This document shows, piece by piece, positions 32,968-41,275 of a DNA stretch of 41,275 nucleotides. The position numbers and the translations under genes were made by a program. Position 1 is the stretch's first letter, and the number at the start of each line of letters is the position of its first letter. Source of the DNA: Chiloscyllium plagiosum (taxonomy: Eukaryota); the NCBI RefSeq assembly GCF_004010195.1, contig NC_057719.1, positions 8,412,442 through 8,453,716 of the forward strand. The letters run 5' to 3'. The notes beneath the pieces are model-generated. The model saw only the letters and a program-made list of their open reading frames with translations. It was not told the DNA's origin and searched no databases.

Positions 32968-33915
32968 ATAGGGATCAACAGCACAGAAACAGACCCTTTG
33001 GTCCAACTTGTCCATACCAACCAGATATCCTCAATAAATCTAGTCTCATTTGCCAGCATTTGGCCCACATCCCTCTATTCATATTCCTATTGATATACCC
33101 ATCCAGATGCCTTTTAAATGTTGTAATTGTACCAACATCCACCACTTCCTCTGGCAGCTCATTCCATGCACACACCACCCTCTACATGAAAATGTTGCCC
33201 CTTAGGTCCCTTTTAAATCTTTTCTCTCTCACCCTAAACTTATGCGTTCTAGTTTTGGATTCTCCCACCCCAGGGAAAAGACTTTGTCTATTTACCTTGC
33301 CCATGCCCCTCATGATTTTGTAAACTTCTATAAGGTCACCCCTCAGCCTCCAACGCTCCAGGGAAAACAGCCCCACCCTATTCAGCCTCTCCCTATAGCT
33401 CAGATCCTCCAACCCTGGCAACATCCTTGTAAATGTTTTCTGAACCTTTTCAAGTTTCACAACATCCTTCCTATAGCAGGGAGACCAGAATTGCATGCAA
33501 TATTCCAAAAGTGGCCTCACCAATGTCCTGTACAGCCGCAACATGTCCTCCCAACTCCTGTACCAATAAAGAAAAGCACACCAAATGCCTTCTTCACTAA
33601 CCTATCTACCTGCGACTCCACTTTCAAGGAGCTGTGAACCTGCACTCCAAGGTCTCTTCGTTCAGCAACACTCCCTAGGACCTTACAATTAAATGTATAA
33701 GTCATGCTCTGATTTGCTTTTCCAAAATGCAGCATCTCGCATTTATCTAAATTTAACCCCATCTGTCACTCCTCGGCCCATTGGCCCATCTGGTCCAGAT
33801 CCTGTTGTAATCTGAGGTGACCTTCTTTGCTGTCCATGCCACCTCCAATTTTGGTGTCATCTGCTAACTTACTCATCATGCCTCCTATGTTCACATCCAA
33901 ATCCTTTATATTAGT
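32968..33915 (-). mobile_element. CR1 (HER1-like) 3' portion including RT catalytic region
   Basis: MSKLADDTKIGG..LQQDLDQM..W; LYRTLVRPLLEYCMQFWSPCYRKDVVKLEKVQ..SLERWRLRGDLIEVYKIM. Confidence 0.96.
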
Positions 33916-34004
33916 GACTGTGCTGAGATTTTCACGCTGGTCCTGAGGGAGAGCTGCAATGGCTGAAGTGCGTTCATCAGAAGAGGCTTTAAACCAAGAT
34001 CCTA

Positions 34005-34600
34005 GAAAGATGGAAAATAGGATCAGAAGTAGGCCATTTGGCCCTTTGAGTCTGCTCCACCATTCAATATGGCCACGGCTGAACATCTAACTCAGTCCCC
34101 TGCTCCTGCTTTTGTCCCTATACCCTTTAGCCATCTATCTCCTTCTTGAAAACGTTCAATATTTTGGCCTCAACTGCTTTCAGAGGCAGAGAATTCCACA
34201 GGCTCCCCACTCTCTGGGTGAAGGCATTTCTCCTTGTCTCACTCCTAAGTGGCCCACCCCGTACAAGAGAATCATAGAATCCCTACAGTATGGAAACAGG
34301 CCATTCAGCCCAACAAGTCCACACCAACCCCCCAAAGAATAACCCATCCAGATCCATTCCTCCTGACTAATGTACCTAAGCTACACATCACTGAACACTA
34401 TGAAGAATTTAGCTTGGTCAGTTCACCTAACCTGCACATCCTTGGACAGTTACCCAAGACTGGGATTGAACCCAGGTCGCTGGCACTGTGAGGCAGCAGT
34501 GCTAACCATTGAGCCACCATGCCATCATCCTTAGACTGTGGCTCCTGGTTCTGGAATCCCTGGTCATCAGGAACATCCTTCTGTCTTTACCCTGTCTGAT
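34005..34600 (-). mobile_element. CR1 3' end with a nested HE1 SINE (34270-34523, minus strand)
   Basis: GTAGGCCATTTGGCCCTTTGAGTCTGCTCC..GAATTCCACAGGCTCCCCACTCTCTGGGTG; HE1 head GCACTGTGAGGCAGCAGTGCTAACC. Confidence 0.85.
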
Positions 34601-35016
34601 AATGAAGTCAAGTGCTATGGATGCTGCAATTCTGAAACAAAAAAAAAGCAGTGAAAACGCTTCAGATTTATGGCTGCATCTGTGGAGAGAGAAACAGAAT
34701 TAATGCTTTGAGTCACATAAAACACTTGCTCATAAGCAAGGCATGTTTCCTTTGCAAAACGACATTAATAAATCAGATGGGTTCCCGCAATGTTTGACCT
34801 TGGTTACAGGGCTGGCAGTGGACAAACTGATTCTATTAAAACCTGAATTCATCAGGCATGGTGGGACTCGAACCCTCAGAGTCCTGTCTTCAGTACAGGG
34901 GCTGCTGCAGTTCAAGCAGGCAGCTCACCCCCACCTTCTCAAGGGCAATTAGGGACAGGCATTAAATGCTGACCCAATCAAGTCCCACAAGTGAGAGCAT
35001 ATAACCCGCCTATCAA

Positions 35017-35128
35017 TTCTGAGGAAGGGTCACTGGACTTGAAACATTACCACTGCTTTCTCTCTCTCCAGATGCTGCCAGACCTGCTGAGTTCCAGATT
35101 TCCAGCATCTGCACAGTTCTTTGTCTGA
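35017..35128 (+). mobile_element. PLE family 2 terminal repeat (further minus-strand copies at ~34615-34715 and 35220-35308)
   Basis: TTCTGAGGAAGGGTCACTGGACTTGAAACATT..GATGCTGCCAGACCTGCTGAG. Confidence 0.8.
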
Positions 35129-36129
35129 TTTTATATCAGTGGAGGGTACTGGATCAATAATGTCACCACCGCACCAACAGCTCTTCTGTTCAAGCTCGGT
35201 GAGTTGTGGTGACACAATTCAAAATTGCTGGAAAAGCTCAACAGGTCTGCAAACATCTGTGGAGAGAAATCAGAATTAACGTTCCAGGTCGAGTCACCCT
35301 TCCTCAGTTAGGAACGATATCAGGAAACATTTCTTCACTCACAGCGTAGTGGATATCTGAAATTCTGAAAAAGCTTTTGTGCCCACTGTGAAATCATATC
35401 AATTAGAATGTTCAAAACTGAGACTGGTTTATTACCAGCAAGGGTTACAGAACCCAAGCAGGTAAACGGAGTCAAGTTAGAGATCAACTAGATTTTAAAT
35501 AAACAGTGAAACCATCTCAAGGGAGTGAATGATGTTCCCCTCACCAATTGGCTGCTGACAACAGATCATATCCATTTACCATAGGCAGCCCCACACAATG
35601 CAGAGACTCCCATCACAGCCAGGCATTAAAATGAAGTGTGCGTCTTGGGAAATCATTTACACAGACTCAAGCCAAATATTTGCCTTGGGATTAAAATCTA
35701 TTATCCCATTGTAAGTCTGTCTAATGTAACACGCTCACCTTTCTGTAAATCCAGAGATAACAGTCTTTCACTGCAAAGATGTACTAAAAGCAAGACAAAT
35801 TATGCCAAGCTCAAGCTAAACACGTTTTTTTTTAAATGGAGGCTCTGCTCTATTTAAAGTGGGATTCTTCTGAATTAGGTGACCTTAACGCTTCTGCAGG
35901 CAGTGCATGAGAATTTTACCACGACTGGATTTTTAAATTGCAAAAATGGATTTTCTTTTATTGTTGTCTGCATTCTCAGGATCCCAAGGAAGTAATCAAA
36001 TCTGACTTAAGCTTTCCGGCCACATGTGTCAATATTATTACCATGATAATTTTCCCATTCCATACTATAATATTCATTTATAAAACTCAAAGCCACACAT
36101 GAGCAGGCAAATGCTAGTAGCTTCCTATA

Positions 36130-37217
36130 TCTCTCTCTCACACACACACACACACGCTCACGCACACATACATACTCACACTCCCACACACACACTCTCG
36201 CACACACACACGCGCATTCTCTCTCACACACACACATTCTCTCACACACATGCACACACACACACTCACCTACACACATTCTCACACACACACTCATTCT
36301 CATACTCACACNNNNNNNNNNNNNNNNNNNNNNNNNNNNNNNNNNNNNNNNNNNNNNNNNNNNNNNNNNNNNNNNNNNNNNNNNNNNNNNNNNNNNNNNN
36401 NNNNNNNNNNNNNNNNNNNNNNNNNNNNNNNNNNNNNNNNNNNNNNNNNNNNNNNNNNNNNNNNNNNNNNNNNNNNNNNNNNNNNNNNNNNNNNNNNNNN
36501 NNNNNNNNNNNNNNNNNNNNNNNNNNNNNNNNNNNNNNNNNNNNNNNNNNNNNNNNNNNNNNNNNNNNNNNNNNNNNNNNNNNNNNNNNNNNNNNNNNNN
36601 NNNNNNNNNNNNNNNNNNNNNNNNNNNNNNNNNNNNNNNNNNNNNNNNNNNNNNNNNNNNNNNNNNNNNNNNNNNNNNNNNNNNNNNNNNNNNNNNNNNN
36701 NNNNNNNNNNNNNNNNNNNNNNNNNNNNNNNNNNNNNNNNNNNNNNNNNNNNNNNNNNNNNNNNNNNNNNNNNNNNNNNNNNNNNNNNNNNNNNNNNNNN
36801 NNNNNNNNNNNNNNNNNNNNNNNNNNNNNNNNNNNNNATAATCTCACACACTCTCTCACACTATCTCTCGCATACACATGCTCACACACACACAGACACA
36901 GAGAGACAAAGACACTCTCTCTCACACACACACACAGACACACACACACATGCACACGCATGCATGCACAAACACCTTCTCATACTCACACACTCTCATT
37001 CACTCAGTGCCTCAAACACACTGATCGGCATAATTTCACACACTCATACACACACACACTCATTCTCATATACAGACACAACATACTCTCACGCACATTT
37101 TCTCAAACATATAAGCACACGTACAGACATACTCTCACACATATACAAACACACGTGCACACATACACATTCACACACACATTCTTTCACACATACACTG
37201 TCTCACACTCACTCTCT
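36130..37217. repeat. Long degenerate (CA)n/(CT)n low-complexity tract spanning an assembly gap (36312-36837)
   Basis: Directly visible. Confidence 0.97.
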
Positions 37218-37231
37218 GAATATATGTTGGA

Positions 37232-37490
37232 ACTGTGGCTGACAAATGCCTAGGTTCTGATGGATTTCCTTGTAGGTTATTAAAAGAAGTGACAAATGAG
37301 ATAATTGGTGTGTTGGTTTTAATTTTCCAAACCTCCCCTTGTTCTCGTAAGGTTCCATGAGATTGGAAAATAGTGAATATAAATCCTTTATTCAACAAGA
37401 TAGGGATTGAGAAATCAGGAAAGACCAGGCCAAGTCGCTTAACACCTGCCAGAGGAAATGTGTTATTAGCTATTATTAATGACATTACAA
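37232..37490 (+). mobile_element. Old CR1 ORF2 internal fragment (RT N-terminus)
   Basis: DKCLGSDGFPCRLLKEVTNEIIGVLVLIFQTS..VP*DWKIVNINPLFNK.G.EKSGKTRP.RLT. Confidence 0.85.
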
Positions 37491-37690
37491 CAGTGTCAGA
37501 GGTCACACGACACCAGGTTACAGTCCAACAGGTTTACTTAAAATCACAAGCTTTCAGAGCTTTTAAACTTCACCTGATAAAGTGGCAATGCTCTGAAAGC
37601 TTGTGATTTCATATAAACCTGTTGGACTTTAACCTGGTGTCATGTGACTTCTGACACTGTCCACCTAAGGCCAACACTGGCACCTCCATA
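37490..37690. mobile_element. Palindromic PLE family 3 element
   Basis: GTGTCAGAGGTCACACGACACCAGGTT..AAGCTTTCAGAGC mirrored by GCTCTGAAAGCTT..AACCTGGTGTCATGTGACTTCTGACAC. Confidence 0.85.
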
Positions 37691-37767
37691 TGATCATAAC
37701 AGTGCACATCAGGAAACCATCACTTTCTCACACTCATTATCTCTCTCTTTCTCACAAACACCACCTA

Positions 37768-38073
37768 TTAGATTAGATTCCCTACAGGATGGAAACAGGC
37801 CCTTCAGCCCAACAAGTCCACACTGACCCCCCAAAGAGTAACCCACCTCCGTCTGACTAATGCACCTAACACTACGGGCAATTTAGCATGACAAATTCAT
37901 CTGACCTGCACATCTTTGTACTGTGGGAAGAAACCAGAGCACCCGGAGGAAACCCACACAGACACGGGGAGAATGTGCAAACTCCTCATAGACAGTTACC
38001 TGAGGCTGGAATCGAACCCAGGTCCCTGGGGCTGTGAGGCAGCAGTGCTAACCACTGAGCCACGAAGCCACCC
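37768..38073 (-). mobile_element. HE1-type V-SINE
   Basis: TTAGATTAGATTCCCTACAG tail; GCTGTGAGGCAGCAGTGCTAACCACTGAGCCAC head. Confidence 0.92.
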
Positions 38074-38124
38074 TAGTTTGTACAGTTTTGGATTACATAT
38101 TACTTTGGTTACTTTTGGCAGGTG

Positions 38125-38412
38125 ACTCTTATACCTATCATGTTATTCCAGTCATTTGGTTTGTTTCCAGCACCACCTTATTTTTAATTTTTTGTAATTA
38201 TCTCTCTACCTCAACTAATCGGATCATTGGTCATCTCTTCACTTGCTATTCAGCCTGCTGACACTCAACTCACACCATTTGTATCATCTTTGACACTCTT
38301 AATTATCTTGCAATGATCTGTCCGCCTATAAATTCTGTGCCTGTGTGCTTCCCTCCATTTCACCCGACAAAGGAGCAGTGCTCTGAAAGCTTGTGATTTT
38401 AAATAAACCAGT
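38125..38412 (+). mobile_element. PLE family 3 3' region; terminal repeat resumes at 39202-39270
   Basis: CACCCGACAAAGGAGCAGTGCTCTGAAAGCTTGTGATTTTAAATAAACCAGTT | GGACTATAGCCTGGTT..CCCAGTCCAACACTGACACCTCCACATC. Confidence 0.75.
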
Positions 38413-39201
38413 TAAAAAATCACACAACACCAGGTTATAGTCCAGCAGGTTTATTTGGAAGCACTAGCTTTCGGAGCGCTGCTCCTTCATCAGGTGGTTG
38501 TGGGGGTTAAGATCATGCTCACAGAATTTATAGCCAAAAGAGTCCATGTTATGGAAACGTGATACAGTAAACAATCTTAGGTTAAAACTTTCATCTTTTA
38601 TAATGGGATATGTTGGTTTCTGTTCTTTGAATTGTAAATCCCAGAACTTCTTTTAAATTACATTCTCAAGATAGCTCAGCTTTTTAAACATTAGGTGTGA
38701 AATCTGTCTGTGTCCCAATGCCATGTCAGACTGACAAACCCTCTGTTTAGTTTTACATGGATTTGTGCAGTTTTTGAGCTAAAAAAAATGTAATTCTGCA
38801 AAAACAAATTCACCCCATAAGCTTATATATGTAGGAGCGACAGATTGTGTGTGAAAGAGAGAGAGGGAGAGAGAGTATTGCGCAATGGGGTCACCTGTAG
38901 TGTGATATGAATCCAATCCCAGTTGAGGCCATTTCCATGGGTATTGAACTTTGCTATCAGCCTGTGTTTGGCCACCATGCATTGTTGCTTGTCCCAAAGT
39001 CCGCTTTAGTGGACAGTCATCCAAAGGCCCGAGGCCGAATGTCCCTCACCGCTGAAGTGTTCCCTGACTGGGAGGGAACACTCCTGCCTGGTGATTATTT
39101 TGCGGAATCCATTCATCCGTTGTCATAGCGTCTGCTCAGTTCCCCCCAATCTCCTAAACCTCAGGGCATCCTTGCCTGCAGCGTAGGAGATAGACCACGC
39201 T
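38413..39201 (-). mobile_element. PLE family 3 fragment: decayed GIY-YIG endonuclease plus terminal repeat
   Basis: Minus strand VVYLLRCRQGCPEV*EIGGTEQTL*QRMNGFR..SLPVREHFSGEGHSAS..RLIAKFNTHGNGLN. Confidence 0.9.
38461..38497 (-). ncRNA. Minimal hammerhead ribozyme motif (PLE family 3)
   Basis: CAC-CUGAUGA-A-GGAGC-AGC-GCUCC-GAAA-GCUA-GUG: core, 5-bp helix II, palindromic AGCU helix III, CAC/GUG helix I. Confidence 0.72.
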
Positions 39202-39834
39202 GGACTATAGCCTGGTTATGTGTGACGTCTGATCTTGTCTAACCCAGTCCAACACTGACACCTCCACATCCTACACAGTATGACCACGGGTCAGAAAAAC
39301 CAAGATGCAATCTTAAAAAGACAAACATCGCAGTGTCTCTCCAAAGGCTGTCTGAGGCAGACCAACATTCAAGTGTTGATCTAAATAATTTAAATCCAGT
39401 CAAATCCTCAAACTGAATTCAATAATCTCACCAGAATAATACTGCAGTGTAGAGGGTTAAATTAAACATATTCCATTAGCTTGATGTGTGTTTTCTTGCA
39501 CTAGAAGATGACCTGTTTGATAAATTTGAAAGGATTCAAGTGGGTAAATACAGAGAAATGATTCCGAGCAAATCCACGCTTTGAGAAAATTTAAATCTTG
39601 CTAAAAAGAGAAGCATGTTGTTAAAGCTTTTTATATTGTGCTCACCTGGACAAATGCAAGAATGCCAATTTTCGTACAGTGACAGCAATGTCATTGTCAG
39701 CTGCCCCTCGATTCGAGGATGATGTGTTCACAGAGTTGTGGTTTTATACATGTTGATGTGGATTTAAGATACTGGCTTTCGTATGACGGAATAAGTAAAT
39801 TTTTGAACTGGGCACGCTGGGCAGTGGAATCTAG

Positions 39835-40550
39835 AGAGCACAATCTGCTTCCTTGGCTTTCCTGAATGCTACCGCTCTGCTTTGTTATTACACTGTTTAG
39901 ACTCAGGCCACAGTACATCTTCAGGGAGAAACTGTTGTTTTTTTGAGTGAGTGGTGACCAACCTGCTCCCACTCACTAACCTCAATGTTCCCCACGAGGG
40001 GAAACATCTTTATCCATCTGATCAAAGCATTTCAAGAGCTCTATGAGGTCATCCCTCAGCCCTGTTTGAAAGGAAGAGCAGGGATTCAGGTTGCCAATTG
40101 TTTCCTGATGTATGTTCTCCCCTTAATTCATTCCAGCTCCTCACAGGAGCTTCAAATCAATTGGGGAAAGAAAGAGTATTGTTCTTGTAAATCTTTGCTG
40201 CAGCCTCTCCAATCCTTCTGTAACTGATCTATAATATGGTCACCAGAGCTAAACATGTTATTCCCAGTGGGGTCAAATCAATCTTGAGCACATTTTGCCT
40301 ACTTTTCAATTCTGTTCCAATAAAAATAAAGCTTACTGCTTTGTTTACTATTTTCTTTGATGGCCTTGCTAACCTAGAGCACAACACGAATGGTATGGTT
40401 GTGCTTCCAGGCCTCATAGTCGCACAGCTTCACCTAGACTTACACCTTATTATCCCTCCGAACAACGCACACAACCTCCTCATTATCTCTGTGGAAACTT
40501 CATTTGCCTATTATTTGCCCGCTCTGTGAATTATTAATCCTCTCCTGTAA
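39835..40550 (-). mobile_element. Very old CR1 3' portion (preceded by a possible RTE tail at ~39695-39790)
   Basis: GGGGAAACATCTT..GAGGTCATCCCTCAGCC..CCTCTCCAATCCTTCT.. Confidence 0.55.
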
Positions 40551-40559
40551 CTTCAGTAG

Positions 40560-40690
40560 TCCTGATCAAATGTTCAGATCTGAAACTTCGACTCCCCTTC
40601 TCCTCTGATGCTCCCTGTTCTGCTGTGCTTTTTCCAGCTCCACTCTCTATCCACTCTGACTCTCCATTGTCTGCAGTTCTCAGTATCACC
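40560..40690 (+). mobile_element. Decayed PLE family 1 terminal repeat
   Basis: CCTGATCAA..CTGAAACTTCGACTC..GATGCT..TGCTGTGCTTTTTCCAGC..CTGCAGTTCTCA. Confidence 0.65.
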
Positions 40691-40694
40691 TAGA

Positions 40695-41275
40695 AGTCAC
40701 ATAGAGTCATAGAGATGTACAGCATGGAAACAGACCTTTCGGTCCAACCCATCCATGTGGAGAGATATCCCAACCCAAGCTAGTCCCACCTGCCAGCACC
40801 CAGCCCATATCCCTCCAAACCCTTCCTATTCATATACCCATCCAAATGCCTCTTAAATGTTGCAATTGTACCAGCCTCCACCACATCCTCTGGCAGCTCA
40901 TTCCATACACATACCACACTCTGTGTGAAAAAGTTGCCCCTTAGGTCTCTTTTATATCTTTCCCCTCTCACCCTAAACCTATGCCCTCTAGTTCTGAACT
41001 CCCCGGCCCCAGGGAAAAGACTTTGCCTATTTACCCTATCCATGTCACTCATAATGTTGTAAACCTCTATAAGGTCACCCCTCAGCCTCCAACGCTCCAG
41101 GAAAAACAGTCCCAGCCTGTTCAGCCTCTCCTTATAGCTCAAATCCTCCAACCCTGGCAACATCCTTGTAAATCTTTTCTGAACCCTTTCAAGTTTCACA
41201 ACATCTTTCCAATAGGAAGAAGACCAGAATTGCATGCAATATTCCAACAGTGGCCTAACCAATGTCCTGTACAGC
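40695..41275 (-). mobile_element. CR1 (HER1-like) 3' end; continues beyond window
   Basis: VRPLLEYCMQFWS..ERVQKRFTRMLPGLEDLSYKERLNRLGLF.LERWRLRGDL..FFTQSVVCVWNELP; CATAGAGTCATAGAG tail. Confidence 0.97.

Noticed and set aside
36007..37253. His/Thr-rich and Cys/Val-rich long ORFs
   Set aside because: Translation of (CA)n low-complexity DNA and an N gap

Overview
Repeat-dense, non-genic or intronic vertebrate DNA, almost certainly from a cartilaginous fish (shark). The evidence is many HE1-type V-SINEs, their partner CR1/HER1-like LINEs, DeuSINEs and Neptune-type Penelope-like elements (PLEs). No intact protein-coding gene, RNA gene or CRISPR array is visible. Most of the window is nested, 5'-truncated transposon debris: CR1 (two lineages), L2, Rex1/Babar, RTE, at least three PLE families, solo LTRs, a Tigger-like MITE, a decayed Harbinger-type Myb/SANT gene and several tRNA-derived SINEs. 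There are three assembly gaps. Most interesting observations: (i) PLE terminal repeats of three families carry minimal hammerhead-ribozyme motifs, and short head-to-head palindromic copies have matching endpoints and 13-14 bp target-site duplications, suggesting a discrete non-autonomous ribozyme-bearing element; (ii) two minisatellites arose from CR1 3' tails, one ~3 kb with higher-order structure and invaded twice by PLEs; (iii) a 96-bp local inverted duplication of unique DNA was captured inside a CR1; (iv) several minus-strand exon-like segments lie in unique DNA, one with a weak C2-domain-like frame. Family names come from recognising motifs by eye, not from database searches, and the boundaries of old repeats are approximate.
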